Shown here: positions 21,628 through 37,219 of the stretch, piece after piece
Layout: each line of letters begins with the position of its first letter
How positions within the stretch are numbered: position 1 is the first letter of the stretch
Origin: the human T2T-CHM13v2.0 reference genome, Homo sapiens
Length of the DNA stretch: 64,000 nucleotides
NCBI RefSeq assembly: GCF_009914755.1
Contig: NC_060927.1
Reading direction: 5' to 3' (one strand)
The notes under the pieces: model-generated
The model's input: the letters and a program-made list of their open reading frames with translations, nothing else
Database searches by the model: none
Told to the model about the DNA's origin: nothing
Program-made: the position numbers and the translations under genes

Positions 21628-23049
21628 TCACTACTCCATGCTGAAAGAATTCAGTTTCTAGGAAGAGGTTAAGGAAGTGGTTCTTATTGTTCATTGTAGA
21701 TGCAGAAAATCTTCAGGAAGCAAAGAGACAGAGGCAAGTGGAAAATGATCACATGATGTGATAAGAGAGAAATTTTATAAACAGAAATGGCTAATATAAA
21801 TTTGTACTTACTTTATTAAGGTCCACTCAGTTGCCATCAAACCTTTAGTCAGTTTGCTATGCCTACAAATTCATTGTGTCAGCTATGTTTGGGAAAATTG
21901 AAGAGTCCATTTTCCACATCTGGAATGATAATATCCTGACAAGAATGGATGGTACTAAAGGACAGCAAAATAATCTATGAAGTGAACTGTGTTAGAAGCA
22001 GGAACTGAAAATAAGAGGTGAATAAGGAAAGGTTAAACTATACCCATTCCATGTACACACCAAATCCCCAATTCCTGGAGCAACAGGAAGACACCCACAG
22101 TATATGGGATGAGATTTAAAAAAAGAAAATCCCAAAGACAAACTACCTCGATTGATATCTTAGTTACACAGTAACATGTTCTTTTTAAAATTAAACAATG
22201 GTGGGTATAATATCAATTAGAATATAAAATCTACCTGAGTTAAGATAAAACTCAAGACCTCAAAGTAAGTTTGTGCTGGGGGTGAAAAATATCAGGTTAT
22301 GGTTCCAAATATTAATACCCAAAAGATACAAGTTCACTTCCCAATGCTTTCGATGGTGCTTTTTCAGTTTGCAAAGCAACTAAAACAGAAGATAGGAGCT
22401 GCAATGAAAGATTACGAAACTAGCCATGGAAGTATATAAAGTAAACAGAAAGCCAAAGTTGAAGTTTGGAAAAACTCACATTTAAAGGATGATTTTCCCA
22501 GAGTTGCTCTACCCCCAACCCCAACCCCCCAAAAATCTGAGAGGCTGGAAAGGAATTCTGAGAGAGGCAGGGCACAGCAACCAAAGACTATTTCAGATCA
22601 GATAGGAGGCTTTGGTCAATATGTGTCAAATTTGGTTAAAAGGTCAATGAGAATTATAACTGAGGCCTTCACTTTAGCAAACGGGAAGTGAATGGTGACT
22701 TTTACAAGAGCAATTTTAGTGGAAGAGCTGAGTTGGGTGGAGGGTTAAGTAATAAATAAAATATTTTTTAAATGAGGCAGAGAATATTAATTACTCTTGA
22801 GAAGGTTAGCAGTGATGAAGGGAAGGAGAAAAATAGGTATCTGGAAAGAAATAAGAAGAATTGACTAAAGGCTGTTTTCAGAATGGAGAAATCTTGGATA
22901 AATTTGTAGACCAGGCAAAACAGGCAGAAGAAAAAACTCATTAGGAATGAAAGGAAGGTGCCAAGAAAATTAAGAAAATGAAGTGGGAGAAGAAAGGAAA
23001 GGTTGTTCTGGACAGGAGAAAAATTGCTTTTCCTCTTCAATAAAGAAGG

Positions 23050-23329
23050 GGCCAAGAATGGTAGCCCACACCTGTAATCCCAGCACTTTGGGAGAATGAG
23101 ACGGGCAGATCAACTGAGGTCAGGAGTTTGAGGCCAGCCTGGCCAACACGGTGAAAGCCTGTCTCTGCTAAAAATACAAAAATTAGCTGGGTGTGGTGGC
23201 ACACACCTGTAATCCTAGCTACTCAGAAGGCTGAGGCACAGGAATTGCTTGAGTCTGGAGGGCGGAGGCTGGAGTGAGCCAGGATCACACCCTGCACTTT
23301 AGCCTTGGCGACAGAGCAAGACCCAGTCT

Positions 23330-23361
<32 letters not shown>
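23050..23361 (+). mobile_element. Alu (AluSx/Sz-like)
   Basis: Complete Alu dimer with a poly(A) tail of about 30 nt. Confidence 0.93.
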
Positions 23362-23364
<3 letters not shown>

Positions 23365-23551
23365 AGCGAGAAAAGAGAAGAGGTGAAAGAGAGTGAAAAG
23401 CTAGGTTGACAGGGAGACAGGGAGAGATTGTGAGGCTTCAGTTTTTCTCAGGGAATTTAGACATCAGTTTATCTGCTGAGTTCTGGAAGACACAGGATTG
23501 AGCTTAGGCATAAAGAGACAATAAAAGTTTGTTACATTCACAGGAAAAGAA

Positions 23552-24089
23552 GCGTGATTAGCTTTCTGTGTCAATTTGACTGGACTAAGGGGTGCCCAGA
23601 TAGCTGGTAGAACATGATTCCTGCAAGTGTCTGAGGGAAAATGTTTCCAGAAGAGATAAACATTTGAATCAGCAGACCCAATCAACACGATGTGCCCTCA
23701 CCAATGTGGGTTGGCCTCATCCAGTCCATTGTGGACCTGAATAGAACAAAAAAGCAGAGGAAGATCAGACTGTCTCCTGGAGCTGAGAAATCCTTCCTCT
23801 CCTACCCTTGGACATCAGAACTTCAGGCACTCTGGGCTTCAAACTTCAGGACTTACACCAGTGCCCCTGTGTTCTCAGAGTGGGAGTTACATCATGGGCT
23901 GCCCTGATTCTCAGGCCTTCAGACATGAATGAATTACACCACAGGCTTCCCTTGTTTTCCTCTTTGCAGACAGCATATCATGAGAATTCTCAGCATCCAC
24001 AATCCTGTGAACCAATTTTCAAAATAAATTCCCTTTTATATATCTCTCTAAATATCCTATTGGCTCTGTTTCTCTGGAGAACACTAACA
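23552..24089 (+). mobile_element. MLT2-family (ERVL) solo LTR
   Basis: 'tgtgtcaatttgactggactaaggggtgcccagatagctggt' start and 'atcctattggctctgtttctctggagaacactaaca' end. Confidence 0.85.
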
Positions 24090-24296
24090 TAAGGAATCAA
24101 CCAGAGAGAAGTAAAAGAATTGGTGAGCACATTGTAAACACACTAAATGCTATTAGATGACTTTAAAATGACTACAATTATATATTATATGAATTTCATC
24201 TCAATTAAAAAAAGGTAATGAGCAAAAACTAAAAAGCATGCAATCAAGGTTTGTGCAAGAAAATAGGAAAGAAGAAAATATTCACAATAAATTCAC

Positions 24297-24740
24297 TATT
24301 CACAATAACAAAGACATAGAATCAACCTAGATGCCCATCAATAGTGAGCTGAATAAAGAAAATGTGGTACAATACACCATGGAATGCTATGCATCCATTA
24401 AAAAGAATGAAATCATGTCCTTTGCAGCAACATGGATGCAGCTGGAAGCCATTATCCTAAATTAACTAATACAGGAACAGGAAACCAAATACCATATGTT
24501 CTCCCTTATAAGTGGGAGCTAAACATTGGGTACACATGGACACAAAGATAGGAACAATAGACACTGGGGCCTACTACAGCAGGGAAAGAAGGAGAGGGGC
24601 TGTGGGCTGAAAAACTACCTAGTGGGTGCTATGCTCACTACCTCAGTAACAAGATCGTTTGTATCCCCAACCTCAGCATCATGCAATATGCCCATGTAAC
24701 AAGCCTGCACATGTTCCCCCGAATCTAAAATAAACGGAAA
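24297..24740 (+). mobile_element. 5'-truncated old primate L1 3' end (L1PA16/17-L1PB-like)
   Basis: ORF2 tail and 3' UTR 'gaaaaactacctagtgggtgctatgctcactacc...gaatctaaaataaa'. Confidence 0.85.
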
Positions 24741-26197
24741 ACCTAAAATTATTTTTTGAAGATATTAGGCTTCTCAGTCTAGAGGAAGAAAACAGGTCTG
24801 TTAAATGTAAATAATTGTGTTTTTTCCTTTGCGATGAATAGATTTCATATGAGTTATTCTCAATGATGTCAAAGTAATGATGAAGCACTTCTTTTGTAAG
24901 AGTATTTGAAAAATAATGACATGTCCAGATTGATATAAAAATTGAAGATTTCGTTTGGGACAGTTCTGGCATGATTTGTGGGTGTGGGATGTTCTACAGT
25001 AATAGGAGTCATCTGTTTTGCCTGGGACATGAAATCCCAATAATGAGAAGAAAAATAGGATGCATCTTTGCATGTTAATACCTTCCATACAGGGTAATAT
25101 CTCTTTAGGGTACAATATCATTTACCCTAAATCATTCTGTTATGGTCTTGAGTAGGGGCAGTTCATTCCGGTTTCTTTATAGATGAAACACAAATACAGA
25201 AGCCTTTTATATTTCCTTTTATCATCTGTTAATGCTCTGCTATAAACACTCAGCTCTGAAAAATTTCATTGTTGAAATATTCTCCTTCTAGAGGACACGA
25301 TAGTGAAGCATATTATAGTTCATCTCAGCATGCTAAAAGAGTGCTTACTGAAATTCACATGATTCATCCTTTTTTACTTATTCCTTGTTCTCCCTTTGGC
25401 CATCACTGGTACCTCATGATTTTAATAAACCATGACTTTTTCAGTATCCATGAAGTCATTGGCATTTCATGAGGGAGTGATATTGTCCAGAAGCAGCTAT
25501 ACTTAAATGTTGACAGCCTAGTTAGTAAGGAAGTCAAGCAAGTACTTATAGACGATAGAAATTATGTATTTATTCAACACTTACTAAGTGCCAGGCACCG
25601 GGGTCCAGACAATGCCCATCCTTTCATAAAAATTATAATCTATGGAGGGAGACATGTTATAAATAAACAGTATCCATGAAATTATATAGAAATATGCTAA
25701 AAGGAGAATGGATGGATCCATTTGGAAAAAGTCTGAATGGAAGCTGGGGAAGGTTGTCTTAGTTGAATAAAAATCATAATAAGCAAAAGCTAAATGATGA
25801 AGACAAATGGATTAGATGGTACCTGTGAAGAACCACAAAGTAATGACCTGATAAAGTGGATGGCTGAGGACAGTAGGTAGGAAAAAGATCATGAAGGAAC
25901 TTGGAAACCCCCAGAGAGCTTGAATATAAAGTAAAGCAATTAGTGGCCAAAAAAGTAGCCTGCTTTTAAAATGGGCTTTACCACAGGACTAGCTCCTTTT
26001 GTCAGTAATGAGGATTTATTTTTAGTCTTATAACTGAAGAGTTTTACAGATGAGGAAAAATGTTGGCATGAGGGAAAATGGAGGAAACAGCAACATCTCA
26101 CATTTGTCTCTAATTATGGGTTCCACTGATGTGCTAAACTAAAGGCATACATGGAGAGAAGGTGGATGCCAAATGCTACTTTAAAAATCTAAGTTGC

Positions 26198-26840
26198 TGT
26201 ATTAGGGTTCTCTAGGGAGATAGAGCCAAAGGGGATATATATATATATGTATTATATTTATTTATATATAAATATATAAAGGATATTTTATACATATACA
26301 TACATATATATAGAGAGAGAGAGATAAGAGGGAATTTATTAGTGGAATTGGCTCATGCAATTATAGAGGCTGGGAAGTCAGTCTCACAGTGGGCCATCTG
26401 CAAGCTGGAGAACCTGGAAAGCCACTAGCATGGCTCAGTCCAAGTCTGGAGGCCTCAGAACCAGGGAAAGCAATGATGGAACTGTCAGTCCAAGGCTGAA
26501 GGCCTGAGCACCTTGGGACCTGCTGGTGCAGATCCCAGAGTCCAAAGGCTGGAGAGCCTGGAGTTCTGATGTTCAAGGGCAGGAAAGGAAAATTTCCTCA
26601 GGTCCAGAAGTGAGAGGGAATTCGCCTTTCCTCTGCCTTTATGTTTCATCCCAGACATCAGCCTATTGGATGGTGCCTGCTCACACTGGGTGAGGATGGA
26701 TCTTGCTTATTCAGGTCATTGATTCAAATGCCAGTCTCTTGTAGAAACACCCTCACAGATAGACCTCCAAATAGTCCTTTACCAGCTATCTGGGTATCCC
26801 TTAATCCAGTTAAGTTGGGCACCTAAAATTAACCAATGCA
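26198..26840 (-). mobile_element. MLT2B-like solo LTR containing a (TA)n/(GA)n tract
   Basis: 'tgtattagggttctctagggaga' start and 'atccagttaagttgggcacctaaaattaacca' end. Confidence 0.85.
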
Positions 26841-27914
26841 GTTGTTAAAAAAACACAAATAAAAAGTATATATTCAAATTAGTAAACTTGTACCACTTAT
26901 AGGAAGTATTTTGAGCTTCTTTTCTCAGTCTAAAATATACTTTACATATTCTATTATACAATTAATAGAGCTAAATAATTTAGTCCCTGGATACAGAATA
27001 ATATAAATCCCCAGAATAATTTCGAATGACACTTTTCCTGACTTTACCTCAACATGGTCATGGCACTACTTTTTCAGGTCTAATAGCCTGACACCTTCTA
27101 GTTTCTAGTCAGTCAAATTAAATGTAAGTAATAGTAAAGGTGATAAAAGCTACTTTTGGAAACACAGCTTTATTAATTAAAACTATTTTTTCTTATTTAA
27201 CATTTGATTTATTTAATATCTCCCATTCTGCCCACTCCAAAGAAGCCTTATATTTGTTTTAATAAAAGGGATTAAAAAAATTTTAAAAGCATTATATAAC
27301 TACCATTAAATGAATAGATCATAAAATTAAATTTTTATTTGTATGAATCTACAGTCTACAAATCAAGGCCAAATTGAATATGAGATTCTAGTATTTTTTT
27401 TAACTTTCTGAACCACACAATCAGCTCTCTGAAAATCATATAAAAGAACCACAATATATCAGTGCTTTAAAGTAATTCTTTCAGGAAGCAATAATGACAT
27501 TTTAATGCTTTCAGAGGAAATACATCTGAATGAATTATGCTAGTTAATTATTTCCTAGGTTCTTTACCTTCCTCCTCACATAATTTACAAGCAACTCAGA
27601 ATCTATTTCTTTTGTTAAATGACCATTAACATGAGTGCTTAGTGGATTAGCATTTCTGTTCATACACCATACTGATCTGAACGTATGTTCTAATGGTGCT
27701 GGTGAAAATTGTGATGCTGAAATATACGGCATAAAAACACATTTTAAGATTTTAAAATATTACTCTTTTCTTAAATCTGGCACTGTTAAACAAAGGGACA
27801 GATTTGAGCCACTTTAGATCAAAAGGAAAGTACAGTCTCTCTTCTTCCCCACAAAATTGAAATGAGGCAAATAAAGCAGCCTGTTACCATTTTCAAGTCT
27901 GGTTTAAGACAAGA

Positions 27915-28260
27915 CAGGTTTGTTATGTGGATATATTTCATAATGCTAAGATTTGGACTTCTAATGATCCCATTGCACAAGTAGTAAGCACACAACTCAA
28001 TAGGTAGTTTTTCAGCACTTGGACCCTTCCTCTCTCCCCACTTAGAATATCCAATGTTTATTGTTCCCATCTTTGTGTCTATGTGTACCCAATGTTTAGC
28101 TCCCTTTTATAAGTGAGAACATTTGGTATTTGGTTTCTGTTTCTGCATTAATTCTCTTAGGATAATGGCCTCCAGCTGCATCCATGTTGCTGCAAAGAAC
28201 ATGATTTCATCATGTTTTACAGCTATGTAGGATTCCATGATATACATGTACCACATTTTT
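27915..28260 (-). mobile_element. Old primate L1 3' fragment
   Basis: 'tgtacccaatgtttagctccc...ataatggcctccagctgcatccatgttgctgcaaagaacatgatttca'. Confidence 0.8.
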
Positions 28261-29278
28261 AATGTTAATTTTATTTTTAAATTTATTCTTGGAGCCTATA
28301 AATTGGTAAATTACAATAGTAATAGCACAAATAGTAGCAATACAGAGTATTCAGCAATATTGTAATATTTCTTTTTACTCAACAGTCCACCTTTGTGTTT
28401 CACTTTCCATAAACAAATACACTGGATTAAAGCAATAATACTTCTCTCGGAATTCTGGAACTGGGACTGAAACCTAGAAATGATTATTACTCTGCCATGT
28501 CTGAACTGTATCTAACATGAACATATAAATGCAGAAGTGGTTGGCAGGCATGCCCCACAATGTAAACTGAAGAGTTGAGGAAACCAGCATGTATTGAGAG
28601 AGTAATATGTAGTTGCTTGAAGAGAAACAGTAATGAGAAACAAAGTGAAGGAACTTCCTTATTTCACTACAGCAAATCCAAGCCCCAGGAATATTCTTTC
28701 AGCCCTAGAATTCCATAAGATAACTAAATACCTTTTCTAAAATTCTCCTTTTGCTTAAGCTAATTCAAATTGAGTTTCTACTACTTGCAACCAAGGGAGC
28801 TGTAAGCTCATTTATATTGACTCTCAGTAACACAGGAGTATTTAGTGTTGAATATGAAGAGTCTGCTTTTGGTTTCATGAAAAGGATTGCTTTCTAATAG
28901 TCAGAGCTCACTGTAGCAGACATGAACGGGGTTCTGCCCAGACCACCTCCAAGAGAACCTTCTGCAAAATAGAGCTGACTGACAGACCACTTGTTATTCC
29001 TCTGGACCTACCGGGCTGCTTCCCAACTAATGACTGAGCACAGTGAGGGTACTTATGCCAGGCCCTTCCTGCTTGATGCAGGACCCTTCTGATGGGCAAC
29101 TTTTTTCAAGAACTCCTCATCAACATAGCTGAAACCTTCTTAGAACTGCACTCAGATCTGAGACTTCCTATCATCCTACTTCCTTCTCTCCTTCACAGGT
29201 GTCCAATTTACATGGCTACATGAAGATTCTTCCTACCCATTCCTGTACCCTCCTTTTTCCTTCACAGATGTTTCTCCC

Positions 29279-29662
29279 TGTTTTATTTGTTTGCTAGGGC
29301 TGCCATAATGAAATATTACAGAGTAGGGGGCAATTGGATTTTTTGCAGTTCTCGAGCCTGAAAATCTAAGACCAAGGCATGAGCAGGTTTGGTTTCTCTT
29401 GATGTCTCTCTCCTTCTTTACAAATGGTCATGTTCTTACTGTGTCCTCACATGGCCTTTCCTCTGTGTCTGAGCATGCCTGGTGTCTCTCTCTCTTTATA
29501 AAATGACACCAGTCATATTGAATTCTGGCCCAACCCATATGACCTCATTTAACCTTACTTACTTCCTTAAAGGCCCTATCTCCAAATGTAGTCACTTTGG
29601 AGTTTAGGACTTCAATATTTCAACATATGAATTCTGGGGAGACACAATTCAGTCCTTAACAC
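29279..29662 (-). mobile_element. MLT1A-like MaLR LTR, nested in older MLT1-type sequence (about 28890-29710)
   Basis: 'tgctagggctgccataa' start and 'tatgaattctggggagacacaattcagtccttaaca' end. Confidence 0.75.
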
Positions 29663-30794
29663 CTGTCTAATCTCTGTTGGAATCTGCTTTTTGAAAGTCC
29701 CAAACTGATGCCGTGAACAAAGGGAAAATGAGCTGACTTTGGTTAATAGTGAGCTCTGCATCAGTGAAGATGGTCACACAGAGCCTGAGAGATGACTGTC
29801 CAGTGACAGCGACTGGTCCACTTGATTAGATTTCTATCTAAATTCCACACTCACAGAGTTATTTATTTTTTATGGAACATTAACAATTAAAAGTAACCTG
29901 GAATCTGTCAGTTTGATACTAAGATAAAAGACTAAATTAGCATCTTTGAAAACATGATATGAGAAGAATCATAGAAGACACATTTGCTTTCTAGGTTAGT
30001 CATCTTTATGACCGTATTTGTACAAAGGCACATAGATATTTGTGTCTTGTTCATTCATCTATATCTATCCCAAATGCCCAGAAAGCATAGTGTTTGGCAC
30101 ATTTTGTGTGTTCCACAAATAGTTGTTGGATTAATGGATTGGTCATTGCCTTCCCAACACCCCCACAGTTACCATACCAATAGGTTCTCAGGTTCTATGT
30201 GTTAGAAATAACTGGAGGACTGTGATGATTATGATGCAAATGAGAGATTTAAGATGAATGATTTTACTGATTTTTCTTTCTTTGTTGGGTATTTTGGAAA
30301 GTTCCACATGGGAGGTAGAAGATACAAGTCTTCATGTTTAGTTTTATGGCCCCCGAAGGCATCCAGGTATTTCTTCTCTGGGTTGAACAATCTGACTCCC
30401 AAGAAGTCTACATTATTATACCAGAATCTTTCTAGTAATTAGGTTCATTAAGGCTTAGTTTTTCTTCCTAGAAATAAAGGCTGACAGGAAGGAGGGAAGA
30501 CTTAGGATTGGATGCCATGCTTCATGGCATCCATGAAGCTGAAATGAGCTGATGAGAGAAAAAATAGTGAGTGCTTAAAAGCTGCAGATACTTAGGTTTC
30601 TAAGACATTCCTGGAGAATATCTATTTGAAACATCAGAGGGGAGAGTATAGATACCAGGAATAGGAGAGTTTCACTCAAATTGGCTTGGCACAGATAAAA
30701 ATTTCTTTGAAAGCTACTCTTTTTAGTTGGGTATACATTTGTCAAAGGTTTTCAAGAGCACCAAGTTCTGACCTCTAAGCAGATTCTTTAAAAA

Positions 30795-31087
30795 TCAGCA
30801 AACTAACACAGGAACAGAAAACCAAGCACCGCATATTCTCACTCATAAGTGGGAGTTGAACAATGAGAACACATGGACACAGGGAGGGGAACATCACATA
30901 TCAGGGCCTGTCGGGTGGTGGGAGGCAAGGAGAGGGATAGCATTAGGACAAATACCTAATGCATGCAGGGCTTAAAACCTAGATGATGGGTTGATGGGTG
31001 CAGCAAACCATCATGGCACATGCATACCTATGTAACAAACCAGCACATTCTGCACATGTATCCCAAATCTTAAATAAAAAAAAAAAA
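30795..31087 (+). mobile_element. Short 5'-truncated L1 (L1PA7/8-like) 3' end
   Basis: 'ggacaaatacctaatgcatgcagggcttaaaacctagatgatgggttgatgggtgcagcaaacc' followed by poly(A). Confidence 0.88.
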
Positions 31088-32044
31088 TGGTACTTGCAGA
31101 GAAAAAGAAAAAAATATTTAAACTTTTAGAATAATTATTCTACATATTTCTTGAGTTATATCAAAGTCAGAAGAATGTTTGAAATTGATAAAAAAAAAAA
31201 AAAAAAACTCCTCCAAGGAGGTATTGAACATGTATCAAGGGTAGCTACAGCATTATCTCAATGATTGATTCTACCACCGAGTGCAGTCCAAGCAAGCTTC
31301 TTCCTTCACGTAATAGGATGAATATACCACTCCCTTTAACTCAGTAGTCTTCATAAGCTAGTAAATTGACATCCTACTGGATTTTTCTCTCATGACATCC
31401 CAGGTGTTGCCCATTGTATTTCTAGCTCACCATTAGTGTGCCAGTTACAGCTGATGATGCTTGGGCTTATTGTATAGCAGTAAGTTTAAACGTTTTCGTA
31501 GTTCCATTTTCAGCATGAAATTCATCACATGTTCAGAAGAGTCCTTTTTACTCTGCACTTCCCCAAATGCAATAACTGACAGCTCCATTTGTTGTAAATT
31601 GACTGAACCCCAAAGAGGTCAGGAATAAGGCAGAGAGAGATTAGTGGTTGCAAGCTCCCCACAATCCCCACTCCTGGCAGAATGTCACAAGGTCATCATT
31701 CCTGTACCATCCTACAGAGGATTTCTTGATGACCAAGAAGGTCAGAGATGATTTGGGGGTGTATGCTGTCTAGCAGCTACTTGGCCAACAGCTCCCCCTC
31801 CAGGGCACTGGAACATCATTTCCACAGCAAGTCAAGGTTGCATCCTCACCTTGGATAAACTAGCTGAGGACCCTCTTCCTCCTGCCTCACTTTCCATTTC
31901 CTTGTCTCTTCCTTTGTGATTTATCCTCTGTCTCTTTCTCTTTGCTCATCATCTCTTTCTTTCTCTGGCTTTTTTCATTTTCTAAAATCATTTTCTACTT
32001 GTTCCTATTTCCTCTTTCCAGACACATTCTTCTCTCTCTCATAA

Positions 32045-32480
<436 letters not shown>

Positions 32481-32519
32481 CCTTTAATATGTTTGGTTAA
32501 ACCTCCTCTCCCCTACCAA

Positions 32520-33581
<1,062 letters not shown>

Positions 33582-35469
33582 TCATCCTTTGGCTTTATGT
33601 CTGTTCTTATCTGTGTATGTGTGTGTGTGCATCGTGTATGCACACCCCTCACATGTGCACAGAAGACAGGAGAGGCAAGGGGAGGAGTGCATGAGGTTAG
33701 AGAGCTACCCACAGAGACTGAATCTGTGGTTTGTAACCCTGGTTTCCCATGAGAATCTTCTGATTTAGTTGTTTGCAAAGGGGTCAATGAATCTAATAAG
33801 CCTGGGTTTAGATCTACTGGTTTAATGATGAAACCCCTTGAAAGCCAAGATTAATTATTTTCACCTCATGCAATAACCAATAGGAAAAGAAAGGAGAGTT
33901 TTGAGGACTTCAGTGAAATAAGATATCTGTGTGAGAGAGAGAATCTAAAAGCATTGTGGGGGATGGTCACAAAGACAGTACTTGGATGCAGGGAAATGAA
34001 CAGAAATTCATATCTATCTGTCTTTTTGGGCCTCATTAAATAGCACCTCATTGAGCTTTCATTTAGAATCCATTTCTCCTTCCCAGAACCCCCTGCAAAT
34101 GTTTATTTCTGCATTTCAGTTTTTACCAAACTCAGGCTCACTTTTTAATTACTTGTCCATGTGTCTGCTCTCCCCTGGACTGAGTACATCAATGGCAGTA
34201 CCAAGATATTTGCTCCATTGTTTTCTTGGGATTCTTTCTAGCCCACGCTTTTAATTATCTAAGTGTTCAGAGTCAGTGTCAGCATTTGCTTAATTCAGTT
34301 AAGTAATATCATACTTAATCTTCAAAATGTTAAAGTGATTAATATTAACAACTGAGATTTAATATCACAACCAGTTATATGTAGAACTGGAGACAGAATT
34401 AGTTCTATCCAACCAATTGTTAGATTTGTTGGAATTGTTCATTCCAACCATGTACCATTGACTAAGTGCTGAGATAACTAGTTAGAATATGGATACAGTG
34501 TAGTTTCAAATTTGGGTGTGCACTCTTGACCCAGACATCCTGGCTTTTTGCAACTTGCCTTGCAATCTCAGCTTTGCAACTTGGCTAGCTACATGTACGA
34601 GGCAGACTAAGACTGTGCCTATTTTTCAGAACAGCCAGTTGTTAGTCCCCTGTGGCCATCTGTACATGCTGAGTTGGCTCAGGAAGATGCTCATCTTCAG
34701 AAGATCCAGTGTCAGCCCGAGTGTTCAATTTGGCTTTATTTAAATTAATTTTTTTCTATTTATTGTTTGGGACCTCCAGAAAATAATGCCAGATTCTTCC
34801 TATGTCAGTTAAATATTGGCCTGTTCTCCCTTCTCTTCAAATCAACTTGAGGAAGGATTTGATGTATCAAGTGGGGACACCCCAATTACAGAATGAGATT
34901 CCAGATTTCTCAGTTTGAAATGTTAGCAGGAAAGAGAATCAATCACCAGCAAATTGCAGGTATTACTTTACAATTTCTTTCCCATGAAAATAGGATTCTC
35001 TTTGAGGAGGGCTTGTTATGGCAAGTAGATTAGCAGAAATGAGTCTGTAAATTCACCAAATGCTATTCTTATCCACAGGTAAGACAACTGCTACACCATG
35101 GCACGTCCAAAGCACTACAGAGTAATGGACTGCAGATCAGGAAATACCCTCCAACCTCGCTGGTTTTCAACTTGTTCCAAACCTCCCCATACTCAGTTCC
35201 CCTCTATTTCTGACACTCTTAGCTTCACAACTTGAAGCTAAGATCTTTTTCCATTGTCAGTTTGACCTCGTAATCTGGCCTTGCACTGTTTATATTATTA
35301 ATAATATGTACCCAAAACCCATGTATGCTGACCCAGGTAACTGCCCCCACCTTCGCATTCTGCAAACACAAATACAAGATAGCCAGAGGTTATCTTGGAC
35401 AGCACTAGATGAACCCCTAAGCAATGTCTCTGCCATAGAAGATCCAGTTTTCAAATATAAGTTCTCTGA

Positions 35470-35890
<421 letters not shown>

Positions 35891-37219
35891 TAGGATGACC
35901 AGAAAAGAGCTGCTTCGTAGCTCCAAGGAACAGGAACCTGAGGACTACCAAGGGCCAACTTGAGTATTGTGACTTCCTATTCCATTGGGTTTAGCCCGCA
36001 GACATACTACTTTTGACTCCACATGCACAGAGTAGAGTAGGTGCTTGATAAATATTTGTTGCTGAATGAATGAATTAGAAATTGATCATACTTGCCCTTT
36101 GAGTCTCTAGTGACCGTGTCATCTCCCAAATCAATATTAATACCAACATGATGAAATCTAAAAATTATTTCAGATATTCATCTTCTTTATTATTTCAGTT
36201 CCCACCGATGATAGCAACTAAAGGTCCAGGGAAATGCAAAAATAAATAGGCAATTATTTTGTGAAAAATTTTCACATGAAAAAGTCCTCTTTCCAGTAAT
36301 CCCACCAGTTCCTTAATTCTAGAATGAAAAGAAAATTGGAAATACTTTATTGTATTGGCATATAGGGACTGAGACTAGAATTATACTTTCAGACAGGAGA
36401 AATGAGGTGAATAGTCCTGTTCTTACAGATTAACCATTGCTTTCACTGATCCATCACTGACCGCTGCAAATGGTTAAGTTCTATTACCATCTCACATAAC
36501 ATGTTCAAAAAGTAAAAAGAAAAAAGAAAGCTTTTTCAAAAGGTGAATTCTAAGGGACTCTGTAATGGCCCTGTTATTTGGAGTTTTTTTTACTTATATA
36601 CAAAGCTGAAATGGCACCAAATATCCACTTTGCCTTGTTCTCTACCAACTCTTTAAAAGTAGGAATCTATATTTCTTGGCAAAGTTCAAAACTAAACATC
36701 AATCAAAGATTCTTAGCCATAGGTCTAGACCCTCTCTCTAGGCATGTATGAGCACATCTCAAAGGTAGATGAAATTTATAAATGCGTCTCTGGAGCCTCT
36801 ACGAGCATCATTGCATGTGGGAAGGTTTCTGCTCCTGATGTGAAAGGTAGAATTGATCCCTATATCTGACCTGTATGTGGCATAATCAAATGAAAAGCAG
36901 GGAACTCCTCCCCTTTCTTTCACTTTTTTTTCCCTCTCTCATGTATGTTTTCTCTGTTTTTCTTTTTCCTTGCTCTTTTACATGAATGTAATTATCAATA
37001 GTCACTTGCTGATATTCATCCCCCATAGTACCTGGTGGCAATTGGGAAACAAATTATATTTAGCAAGACAATTTATGGTTTGTGTCAAAAGATACATGTT
37101 ACTTTTGCTTCTCTTCACCTTCTGAGCTCCAGTCTACCACCCAACCATAAATATTATTCAAATATTGGAGCTTTATCTGTCTTTTAACTGAAGAACTACT
37201 TCGTTGTATGAAGAGTTAA

